Shown here: positions 26,619 to 38,143 of the stretch, one piece after another | Position numbering within the stretch: the first letter of the stretch is position 1 | Layout: every line of letters starts with the position of its first letter | Assembly: GCA_905178155.1 (NCBI GenBank) | Contig: CAJINV010000010.1 | Span: forward strand, 2,810,587 to 2,874,586 | DNA length: 64,000 bases | Direction of reading: 5' to 3' | DNA from: Amoebophrya sp. A120 | Lineage: Eukaryota > Protista > Dinoflagellata | The notes under the pieces: generated by a model | The model's database searches: none | Told to the model about the DNA's origin: nothing | The model's input: the letters and a program-made list of their open reading frames with translations, nothing else | Translations under genes and position numbers: made by a program

Positions 26619-29600
26619 CTACTTCTTCATCAAATCGTCCACAAAATCGAACGCCTTGTCCCCTTTCTCCAAGACGCTTGGCTGGTCGTCGATCCCCCGT
26701 GCCGCCATGTCCAATGCCGCAAAGCGATCTGATTTCGCAAGTAAGTTGAGTTTGTCATGCAGATGAAACCATACGTGAAAATCAAAATTTGTCTTGCAGA
26801 TGAAACAGACCACGCCCAGGAGCAAGACTTGACTGTGTTAAACTTAAAGTATGCACTTATACCATTTGCGATTCCCGCTCCTCCACCCGGTGTGATCCGA
26901 TTCCCGCCCGTAGTGCCAATATTACCCCCGATCGCTCCAAACGCCCCATCCACAGTTCCCCTAGGTTGTATTTCCGGCGACGACAGACCCAGCAAAGGCG
27001 ACGACGGACCCCCCGCCGCGTTTGGGAGTGGATTTGCGATGCTAGAAACGGCATTGGAGTTTTCGTTCGGCGACGGTAACCGGAGAATCGCATTGCCAGC
27101 AAGCGGGTTGCTCATCGTGGTCAACAAGGGCGATGCTCCTGACTGCGCACCACCTGCTGCTCCGGGGGAAGACATGAGGCTCAGCAAATCGTTTTCCGCT
27201 TCCACTGATTGGGAAACAGACGAATCGTTCGGCGAGTGCCCGGAACTTACCGTCACTGTACTATTCCTTTTCTTCTCCTGCAGCGCTGCGATCTTCTGCG
27301 TTCTGGTTGGTTTTGCTGTCGATTTTGCGTTATTTTTCGAAGATGACGAACTCGAAGCAGCTGCTTTCGAATCGATTGTTGGCGTCGGGACTTTTACTTT
27401 GATTTTGCTCATCTCTGCAGTAGTTGTTCCTGTGGCGGACGAAGTGGAAGTTGCTGTTGAGAAAAGGTCTTCTACACCAACGCCACTTGGTGAGGAAGGC
27501 AGAAGATTCGTTTTTGGCGGTTGTTGCAGCGATTCGATCAAACTGGGCTCGATAAAGTCGTCGAGTTTCATCGGAGGCGGCTTCGGGCTTTCCTCGCCGC
27601 CCAAGAGGTTTGTTGTTGTGACGGTTTTTGTGGTGGGTCCTGCGTCTGAAGCAGACGCACCTGCTTCGCCAGCGGATGGGCGTGGGACACCGCGCTTCAG
27701 ATTTAGAACCTGAAATAAAGAGGTTTTGAATTCAGTGACTAAGTCTTTCTCAGAACAACCTCTACAGTAAATATCGGATTTTCCTTGTGAAAATAAGTCC
27801 CAGATGCAACTGCAAGCACGCAAAACTGCGCGGCAGCCTTGTTGTTAAAAAATACCTCCATCGCAATTTCCCTAGTCTGGTCCATCTCCGCCAAACCTTC
27901 GATTACTGGCTCTGCATCTCGCAGCACCGCCTTGAAAATGGACTTCGACTCGTAAAACAACTGCTTCACGCCGTAGAGCAACCGCAGCCGCGTCCGCCAG
28001 TCGTCATCCCCGCTGTAGAACGACAGATTCTGAATGATCTCCGCTACAACCGTGGAATTCGATTTCAGCTTCACACACTGTTCGCAAAACTGCTTCAACT
28101 CCGCATTGCTCGGTTTGTTGCTCGTGAGGGATTTGATTTCCAACAAGTTTTGCACAATTTTTTTCGCTTCTTCCTCGCGATTCGCCTGCTTTTCTTTATT
28201 CGTAGGGGAGGGAGAGGTGGATGTCCGGGATGGGGGCTGGAAAGCGGTTGATGTTGACGGGTTGGCGTAGTTGGGGTCGTCGTGTGCATCAAAAACATCT
28301 ACTGCTTCGCCTTTTACCCCTGAGTCCTGGTCTTCTGGTGGTAAATACGGCATGGGCGACTTGTCGTCCTCATTTTCGTTATTTTCCGCGGAAGAAGACG
28401 CAGAGCTGGAACTACTGCCTTGAACAGTCCCCGATCCGGAAGAAGCCTGCTCTTTTTTCACCGTGAGAGGTGGACCACTAGCGGGCTCCGGCACCACGTC
28501 ATCCGTCGGAGACTGCAGCGACAATAGGTCGACCTCAGGACGAGTGCGTGCGGGGGCACTTTTGAGTAGGTCCTGTCGTGGTATGCAAGATCTGTTTTAC
28601 AAAAGCTGATTTGATCATTGCTAGTGCTAAAATTTTTGCATAAAGCATTCTAATAAATTGTGCCGTGCACGAATGTTTCGGCTTCGTTACTCTGTCAGGT
28701 ATCATTGTACTTACCTGCTCCTTACTGCCCCCGAGAGTTTCCGCTTCCTCTTCCTCTTCAGCCCCGCCCAGCAAGTCCACACTCTTGTTACGTTTCCCCA
28801 GCAATTGGTCTGGAGAAGCACTACTGTCCTCTTCGCCACTTGGTTCCGCAGTCGTTGTAACTACCTTCGACCAGGGCACACCCACTTGCTGCTTTGATTC
28901 CGGTTTTGATGATGCATTTGTTCCGCTTTTGTCAACGCCGGATGTTGAACCGCCACCAGCTTCCTTACTTTCACCTCCCTCTGCAACTTCCCCACCCGCG
29001 TCTGTAGTTTTGCTTTCCTTCCCGCGCTATGGATTGCAAAAGTGTCTGGGTCTGGAAGGTTGGAACTTGTGATGCTAGCTTTCGACTCTAAAAAAATCTG
29101 TATTGCATGACCAGCAAGAGGAGTCTAGTTTGTGCTACGCGGGGGGGGCATTTGTCGTGCGGAGTAGTCATCAGTATGCCCTCTAAAAATCTGTGACGCT
29201 AGGGCGTGCATCACAGACATCCTGGGTCATGCAAAATATGCATGACAAACCCGGCAACATTCCAGACCCAGACATTTTTGCATTTGATACGTGCAGCGTT
29301 TCCGTCGTTTTCTTCTGAATGGTTTCGGACACCGAGCTCCAGATGTCGCCGACCCAAGCCCCGACTTTGTTGGAGTATTCACTGATGGCAACGTGGACTT
29401 GCTGGGCCGTTTCGGTGATCTTCGAAGACGCAGCGCTGGTGGACGCGGAAGCACCATCTGCGGGTGGATTTGTCGTCGTCGACTGGTCGGATGAATTGTC
29501 TGGCCCGCTGTTGCTTGCACTTCTTGCCGTAGTTGTGTCGCCATGACCAGCTGTCGGATTACTTCTTTCTGCAGTAGAGCCTGTAGATCGAAAGCTCTTT

Positions 29601-29845
29601 GGGAAATCCGGATCGTCTGTGAATGATGGAAATTCGACTTTCACGTAGTTACTCTCATCCGAGCTACTGGGGAGATTTTCTCCGGAGGAAGGTTTGTCTT
29701 GTTGGTCAGCGGAAGGTTGGTCTGTTTTGTCATTGCTGTCTTGCTGGCCGTTGTTTGCCGCCGTTGAGGAGGACGAACCACCGCCGAAACCCGTGATGCG
29801 CGCTTTGATTGCGTCGGCGTCAAGCGGTGTGGCGCTGGAGCTCAT
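26619..29845 (-). CDS. Tepsin/MTV1-like adaptor-accessory protein (tVHS-like domain)
   Basis: KKIVQNLL...PSNAELKQFCEQCVKL...WRTRLRLLYGVKQL resembles the second, VHS/ENTH-like domain of tepsin and plant MTV1. C-terminal KAFDFVDDLM. Several DLL/DLF motifs in disordered linkers. Confidence 0.55.
29028..29289. mobile_element. Introner family E
   Basis: Family E TIR; TSD cgcgc/cgtgc. Confidence 0.9.
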
Positions 29846-30049
29846 TATTTCTCGCTTTGGTTAAAAACAAAGATACTGAAGCAGTGTTGGGCCCATGAGG
29901 CTCGCGCTTATTTGCGTGTCTGCGTTGTCATGAGACCGGGTTTGGTGGTCACATCAATCCCTATCTTCAACAATACGCCGCTGACAAACAAACCGAGCTT
30001 CTGAATCACCACAACAACTCTTGACTACACTGCCACTGGTCAGGGATGT

Positions 30050-32200
30050 TGCTCGCCAACACCCACCCGCTGGGATACATCGGTCGGACACGCAGGCGAA
30101 GGTAGGAGTGTGGAACACGGTCAACCAGTCTTCCATCCGCGAAGGCGCGGCACCACCCGGGAGAGGAGCTACCAGGGGAGAACACACACAGACACCGCAC
30201 GCCGACGGCTACACCCGCTGCGGGCGCATCCATCGCCCTGGCAGGCACCGAAAAAATAAAAGGCAAGGAAATTTTGCCACGCGCAGTCTGTCAGCCAACG
30301 CAGAGGCCACCAGCGAAAAACGGATCGCCGGGCTAACATCGCCGGCGCCCTCACGGGCGATGCAACACACGGCCGCGGGCCCATGAAAGGAAGGGCGCAT
30401 GGGCCACGGCGCGTTTGTCTATCAGTGAATAGCTTTGAATGCCCGCGGGCGTCCCCGGCAGGGCGGCCGAGCGACCGACGAACCACCGGGAGACAGAGGG
30501 GCGGGCGGGCCGGGGGGCGGGGCGGGCTGCGGGCGGCCCTACCTGCCGAAAAACAGAGCGGGGCATCAGGGGGCGCCCCAGGCAGGCGCGCCGCGCCAGG
30601 CCTCGCCCCGGAAGGTAGCGAGGGCGCGCGTGCGCGCGGGCCGGCGCCCGCGACGCGCAGCCTCTCGCCAACTGCTACGCCGAGACAAACGGGCCCACCG
30701 AGGCCGGAAGCGAGGGCAAGAGGACAGGGGCGAGCCCGCTCCGCCTTGTTCTTATCATTTTTACATGAAAACCAAGAAGGGGCCCGCGCGCGCCCAAACC
30801 ACGGGAGCGCAGGACCGGGGCAGCCGCCCTGCTGCCATGGTGCTGCTCGCCCCCCCAATCCTGCCGGGGGGGCGCTAATGGGCGCGCGACGCAAATGGGG
30901 CCCGGCCAGCCTGCCTGACTGGATCCGCGGCGCAAATTCGTCGCGCGGCTTCAGTCGCTACGTGGGCGGCGGCAGGCGCGCCGGAAGCGGCCCCCCTCTA
31001 CGGAAGCAAGAGCCGAGAGCGCCGGGCTTGCCGCCTGCGTGCGGGCCCATATCCTCTTCTACGTAAATACGGCGCGGCGCGCGCGCCCGTTGGGTCTCGG
31101 GTGGCGATAGAAGTAGCAGGAGGACGCCGGGGCATCAAATGCATGCGTGTGCTGCACTGGCGGCGGCGCCTCTGGATGCAATTTCGCAACGAGTTGCAAC
31201 GCACAACGCCCCTCCTCCGCATTTTCGACGCGCCGACCCAAGTTCGCTAGCGAGCCCCCTCAGGGGCGGCCGGAATCGTTGCGCGAGCGGGGCCGATTCT
31301 GGCTGGGCTGCGTCGGTCCCTCCTGTTTCCGCGTTTGGCCATCCGCCTGGAACCCGATTCCCGCCCTCGTCCAAACCGAGAGGGCGCACGAGCGGAGCAG
31401 AAACCCAACCACAGTGGGGTGCTTCTCCAACCTGTCGGAGACGGGCGGCCTCCACCCCCCGCGCAGGCCGCGGCTCGCGGCCTAAAGGGCCCGCGCAGGC
31501 GCCAAACCGACGCCGACCAACCACAGACCATCAGACCCCGCGCTGCTTGCTACCGGGCTCGCCCCGCCCTTCCGGGTAGGGCGGCGGGGGGTACTCGGCG
31601 GCGGAGCTGAATGGGCTCAGCACTTTTGGCATTTTGAGACCGTGCCACATTGGTGGCATCCATGCCGCGCGAGGTCGGCCATGCAGCCTGCGGCGCTGCT
31701 CGGATTCGTTCGGAAGGAGCCCGGCAAAGAAAAAGCGAACCAGCTTCCTCGCCCTCGCTTTCCCCTTGTTTTTCTGCGCGATCCACGAGTCGAAACCGCT
31801 CGCAGCCGGCCCGCGGGCGCCGCGGGGGCGCTGTGTGTTCTGTGCTACGCACGGGCTGGGCCACGGGTTAGCTTGCTTCTCCCTTGCCAAGCCCGGCCGG
31901 CGTGCATTGCCCCACTCTAGAAAAAAATCCCCCCCCGCCCGGCCTCCCCGCCTGCGCCGGCGCGGTCCCGGGCATCTAGAAGACCGGCCGCGGGCTCAAC
32001 TCTTTCGCGGGCGGCTCCTCTTCCACGTCGGCAAACTTGCCGAACTTGCAGCCGTGGCGCGGGGCTTCCTCTTTCGCTCGCCCGCCGCGCCACCAGCTAC
32101 GACGCCAACACGCGCAAGGCGCGCCCCTTGGCCTTCAATCTGCGCGGCGTTTGGTGGTGGGAGATGGAGTCGCCAAGGCAAGTTTAGAAACGCGCGCGAA
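30050..32200. other. GC-rich intergenic block
   Basis: Composition; limits approximate. Confidence 0.75.
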
Positions 32201-32449
32201 AGAAGTTACAACCAAGACCAAGAAGATCGAACACAGCGCGACTAGGAAGAAAAATATGCTCGCCATCACTACCGTCGCAGGGAAGTTGGCTTTTCTGACT
32301 TCACATTACTTTACGTTTCTTTCGAGTTCGAGGAGATGCACGGCTACACTGTAGTTCGAAGTTCTATGTCATGTAGCTCTTTCACACACACAATGCTTTC
32401 AGCTTTGCAAGTCTATGTATCATGAGTGCCGTTAACGTTATCATCAAAC

Positions 32450-35400
32450 TCAAAAGTGCATTCCTCCCATGGGATTGTGTTTTTTGTGAAACTTCGCAGC
32501 GCCGGGATTCGGCTTTTCAATCGCGTACTTCCTTGGATCCTGCCCGAAATTCGTTGCGAACGCGGCCATGTGGTTTGTGCTACTCCCGCCTGCTGTCACA
32601 TTACCACCGCTCTTAATACCGTCAGGAATTCCAGGAATCCCGCCACCTAGCCGCATGTTGTCCACCACACCACTATTTTGCTGGTTTCCCGTCTGCATTT
32701 GCTGCGCAGCAATGTTCGCCGCATTATCACCGCCTGCTGCAGGACCTTGTCTTGGCTGTGGTGCGCCTCTTCTCCTAAACGGGTTCCCGCGTTGAACTTT
32801 CAATGCGGGGGGTTGGGCGTACTGATCGTTGAAATTTACTGAAATTTGAACCTCGTCTTGTTGCCTCTGTCCGGATCGATTGGTTACATCAACTGCTCCT
32901 TGGCGGGCTTCTACTCCTGCACCTTGATGAAGATCATGTTGGAAGCCGATTACACTTGGCGTCGGTTCCTCTTTCTCCGATCCAAGATTTGTTTGCTGGT
33001 TTTGGAAGTACAGCGCAGCCTGCTCCTGGTGGTTGAACCCAGATTGGTTGTTCAGATTCTGATTTTCTTTATCAGCAATGGTGGAGGCGCCATAGCTGAA
33101 GCCACTGCTCGTAGCGGAAACAGAGGCCTGTGGCACTACGACTCCAGGCTGTAATTCTTCAGCAAAGAACCCTCCTTGTTCCTCTGCTTCCTCCCCTTGC
33201 TCTGCCCGCTCGTTTGCGTGGTCCATTATGAACTCCATTTCCTCTTGTTCCCGTCTCTGTTCCTCCCGATCCCGTTTCCGCTGCTCCCGGAGCCGGTCCA
33301 TTTCGTTCAGGGTGTGTTTCTGCAGGTCAATCTGCGTCTGGTTGTCGTTGTCGAAGGTCAAATGCACGGGGTCTTGAAACTGACTCCGCCCCGCGGGAGG
33401 GGTGAGATACTCTGCGGGGGCTGAAATTTATTGTTTTGTCAGTCAAATAAGAATAAACATACCACTGATCTCGACGAAGGTAGCCGCAATGTGAAAACAA
33501 AGGAAACACGACAAGAACTGTGTATAATGTGCTCACAGAGGGAGGTACAACTACTTAACCAATGACAATACTGGTTTTCTTGTATACCGTCAATGCCTCG
33601 CTGTCCCGGTGGTGTGTACGCAAACTGGTTTGGTATCCCGGGTGGCAGCGCGACATTATTCATTCCCGCCACCGCCTGTCCGCTATCCGTTGCCCCGGCC
33701 ATCGCTTGCCGATGCCGTTCCTCCCGCGCGTCGCGCATCAGATCCTTCTGTCTTCTCTCCCGCGCGAACTTCAGCATCTGCCGCTCTTTCGGGTTCAGCG
33801 GGTCCTTCGGCCTAGCCGTGAAGTCCTTCGGGCGAACCTCACCCCGGCACAGCTTCGGCATCACGTCCGGCGCGATTTTCTCCAGCGTCCCACAAGCCCG
33901 TTCTTTCGTGCAAGCGGTCAACTCCAACAGCATATCGGGGTCCGTCTGCGCGATTTGCAGTCTTTTTATCCGCTTCAACGCGTCGGAGAAGAACAAAACC
34001 TCACCCTTCTTCGTGTCGTATACGATGTGGTGCCGGAACACGGATAACGACAAGTGGAAATTTCTCACGTAGTCTAAGGGTTCGCAGGGCAGCGTGAACT
34101 TCTTCACGACGGCATCTAGCGTCCTCTCCTTGTAGCAGTGGACCAATTTTGCCGCGGTCGCGATCGCCAGTTTCGCAACGTGCAAATGCGGGTTGTAATC
34201 GCAACCACAGAGCACCGCGAAAATCCGGAACATTTCTGGGGACCAATATTTCAACAAAGCGATGTCGAATTTCAAATTCGGAACCGGGTTGATTACTTTC
34301 GGCTTTTTCGATGGTTTTTGCTGTTTCGGTGGTAGTTCCTTGTCGTTGTCTTTCTTCACCACGACCGAGTTTTTCTTGCCTGATTTACAATTTGGCTGCT
34401 TCGGTTCCTTCTTCGGTTTTGGTTCCTTTTTCTTTTTTCCACGGCCTTTCTTGCCTTTTTTCGCGTCCTCCTCGGCGTTTATCAGGTCGAAAACACTACT
34501 GGTCGTCGTATTGAGAGCGGACGAAGGAGGGTTGTCTTGCTGCTCGGCATTGACAAGAGTATCGTCTTGTGCTGGTGCTACTTGATCTCCACCTTCTTCA
34601 TCCGAATCTTCGAGCTCGATGACTTCCTGATCGTCGTTTTTTTCCACTTCTGAGGTCGTCGTAGTGGTCCTCTTGCTACTAGTCTGGTGCAACAACTCTG
34701 CAGCCGCCCCCGCAGAGCTTGAAGAGTTGTTCTTTGCGCTGTCCTGCGTCTCTTGCTCGTCTCGCGGTTGTAATTTATCCACGTTGCTAGAAGAGGAAGC
34801 CGAGGAGCTGCTAGACGAGGATCCTGTCGCTTTCGTGATGTTCACTACGTCGTCTTTCTCTATCTCCTGCGAGCTGCAGAGGTCAATCACTTCGCTATCA
34901 GGCGGTGCCTCTTGCTTGATTTTCACGACAGCAGGTACAGGTACAGCAGGAGCGGGTGCTGGGTTCTTCAAAGCGTGGCTTTTCTTTTCCCTCTCCCGCA
35001 TTTCCTCTTCGTAGTCACTTATGCTGTACAAATTTCCCGTACATGTACACGATGCATCACAAATTTCACCAATTGGGAGTGTAAAACTTGTCACGCTAAA
35101 CTAGGAAAGAAGACAAGTTTTGCCATGCAGAGACCGCATTTGTACGTGTACGGGAAATTTACTGTGGATATCACTGCACTCGATGTCATCGAAACCGGTC
35201 GCTGGTTGTTTTGGTGTGGGTTTTGCCGTGTTTCGTGTTGAACCATCGGTCTTTTGGTTATTTTCTGTAGCAGAGATGATCACCTCCTCTGCGTCTGCGC
35301 TATTCCCAAGCAGATCATCCGTTTCGTGAAGAACAAGTTTGGAAGGATCGCTCTCGGCTACAGCTGCCAGTCCATCAGCTGTAAAAGTCTTCGCGCCTGC

Positions 35401-37357
35401 AGTCCCGCTAACATCCGCACCGTTTTCCTTTGCTGCTCCTGCACTAGTGGTGCCATTTTCTGGCAGCTCTTGTTCACCAATATCCTCCTTCGCCTTAACC
35501 CAGGTTCCGTCTATCACTTTCTCGATAATTCTCTCCTCTTTATCAAATGCAAATACGTCTGGGTCTGGGAACTTGTGATGCTAATTTATCAATTCTGGGG
35601 ACACTGCAATAGGCAGCCACGCATGACAAGCTTCTTGGCTCCTTCGCGTTTCGCTTTCTGCATGAGAAACTTCATTTTTGCAAGACTTGCAAGAGGCTCT
35701 TTTCATCCTGCTCACGCATTACAAGTCCAAGAGTTATGTGAGACAAGCACGACAAATTTCCACTCGTCCAGACCCAGACATATTTGCAATGCATACTCTT
35801 TCAGCTGCTCATATTCCGCCACCACGTCAAATGCGGGCTCCTTTTCTTTCGGCGGCTTCTTCGATATTCTTTTCTTGGCCGCTGGTTTCGATCCTTTGTT
35901 GCCTTTTTTCGCTCTGCCTTCCCCCGCAGCTCCCTCTTCGTCATCGTCTTGCGGTTCTTCTGCAGCTGCTTCGTCGTCGTCCTCATCGTCAAATAATGCA
36001 TCCAACTCGTCGTCCAAATCGAGTTGATCTGTCACTTTCTCTTTAACCGGCGGAGCCGCTGCGACAGTAGTTTTTCCTTCCGCGTTCTGGTTCTGGTTTT
36101 CCTCTTCTGTGCTGCTGTTGTTCTTGCCGTGGTTCCCACCAGCTGTGCCGTCACCGTCTGCCACTGCCGTTACACCAGCACCGCCACCTCTCGTCCCGAA
36201 CAGCTTCTGCACGGATTTCGCCGTCCCCTCTGGTACTTCCCGATTATTCCCTTTGCCAAGAATCGTGTCCATCTCGAAGAGATCACCCACCCCGTATTTA
36301 TCCATCTTACACAACACCCGCGGGCAACCGTAGACGAAGAGATCGCTATCTTCGGAAATGACCGCGTGTAGAAAGCCGGTTCGGCACATGTAGGCGAGTT
36401 GTGCATCCGCTTCGTACGGTGCGACGATGAAATCCACTTTGAGTTCCCGTTATGAAATGCAAAAGCATCGTACTTGTACTAGTAGAAATTGCATTACAAA
36501 TTGACTTAGCATTACCTACAAATTGAATTTGTAATGCGGATTTGCCTTATCAAAAAGATTTGTAATGCATAAACGCAATTAGTACGATACTTTTGCACAG
36601 GATACCCGTAGAGCAGCGATGATCCGCTCTATCATGTCCACGGTAATTCTGATCCCCTGCTGCGCGAACTTGTTGGTGGCGGTGTCGAACCTGATAAAAG
36701 GTCTTTCGCATGAAAAATGGCGTTCGAATAAAATGAAAACACATCTGACTGAAGTCTGGAAAGCACCAGAGCATCTCTGCAAGACAGACTTGCTGGTGAC
36801 ACCGATAACTTACAGTTTGCAAAACCACAACCTCCTAGTCTTACCTGGCCGCGTCCCCGGGCAGATTTCTCGCGTTTTCCAACACTTTCTCCCTGGCTTC
36901 ATTTCGCACCTTCTTCCGAATGTCGGACTCCTCCTGTTTCGCCGGTAAATCGCAGCCGTCGAACACGATGAAAGGGATGCAGCCGTTGAAGAGTAAGCAG
37001 AACACCATGTCGACGAAGAATTTCACAAATCGGTCCGTGTCAATTCCGACGATCAATTCATACGCACAGGAAACTGCCCCTCTGTGCATCCAGCACATCT
37101 ATCCCGTGCAAAAGCATCGCACTCGTATTGCAATCATGCATTACAAATCTTGTCCTTAAGGTAAATCAGCATATACAAATTCTATTTCTCATGCTGAGGA
37201 AATTATTTGTAATGCATTTATACGAGTACGTGTACGATACTTTTGCACTGCATAACATCGCGTCCACGCCGATTCTTTTTTTTCGCCAAGACTCGTCAAT
37301 TTTGTACTGCGTTTGCGCCAACGGACGCAAAAGCTTGTGGAGCTGCTTGATACCCAT
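32450..37357 (-). CDS. EXO1: Exonuclease 1 (XPG/Rad2 family)
   Basis: MGIKQL...IGVDAM|[47 protein letters not shown]3TH-type LCGCDY and FRHHIVYD. Confidence 0.92.
35020..35170. mobile_element. Introner family H
   Basis: TIR tat....aaatttcccgtacaYgtac; TSD tcact. Confidence 0.88.
35541..35795. mobile_element. Introner family E
   Basis: Family E TIR; TSD ctctt. Confidence 0.9.
36451..36604. mobile_element. Introner family A
   Basis: TSD cccgt; AALR|[15 protein letters not shown] restored. Confidence 0.92.
37100..37254. mobile_element. Introner family A
   Basis: TSD acatc; splits the conserved VDAM|CWMHRG of Exo1. Confidence 0.92.
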
Positions 37358-38143
37358 GTTGGTGGCTTTTCCTTTTCCTGGTGGTGGTTTTGCAATCAAA
37401 GTTAAGGTGTAAAAGCTCAAAATAGACTGTTAAGAAACAATACGCGTTTCCGTTGTACTCATACTGCACACATCAAAGGTCGTAATTGAAACTGTTGATA
37501 GTCACTACTTGCACGACAGCTACTACGTCGAAATCGTGAATATGTTGTAAATGTAGCAACCAATGGTCAGCGGACCTATAATCTGAAGGAGCTCTAGCAT
37601 TTCAAACGAAAAGCAAAAAAACGCTACAGAAACGACTTAATGTCGGGACACGAGCGCCAAGTAGTGACAGTGACAAGTTCATCTCCGCTTGCTCTTCAGC
37701 AGAATCAGGGTAACGAACCAAACGACCAGCCAACTTTGACACCAGCAGTTTTGAGATATACGAGAAAAACTTTCTACTCAACCTTGTTTCCGACATCCTA
37801 GATGATTCAACACGTTAAGCCAATAATCTGCACGGCTCTTCTGCATCTCTCTAAGCGCACAACATGTTCTTCCGATGCCGTCATGATGAGGCCGCTTCCC
37901 TTTCTTCGCTACTTGTGTGTGAACAACAGTCATCATGTTTTCACTCGCATGTTTCTTGTCCACAACGGATATAGTTCGAGTTTATTTTTGGTGGAAACGT
38001 ACTGGAGATGATTATATTTCGGTGAATATTGACGACGATAAGCCGTCGCAAAAGTGCAAAATTTCATTCAAGATGGACTTACCACATATTACGAACGGAC
38101 TAACTCTCCGCTCTTCCTGACATTACGCCACCGAAGATCTTCA

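Noticed and set aside
26757-27713. Long plus-strand ORFs such as this 318-aa one
   Set aside because: Antisense shadows of minus-strand exons.
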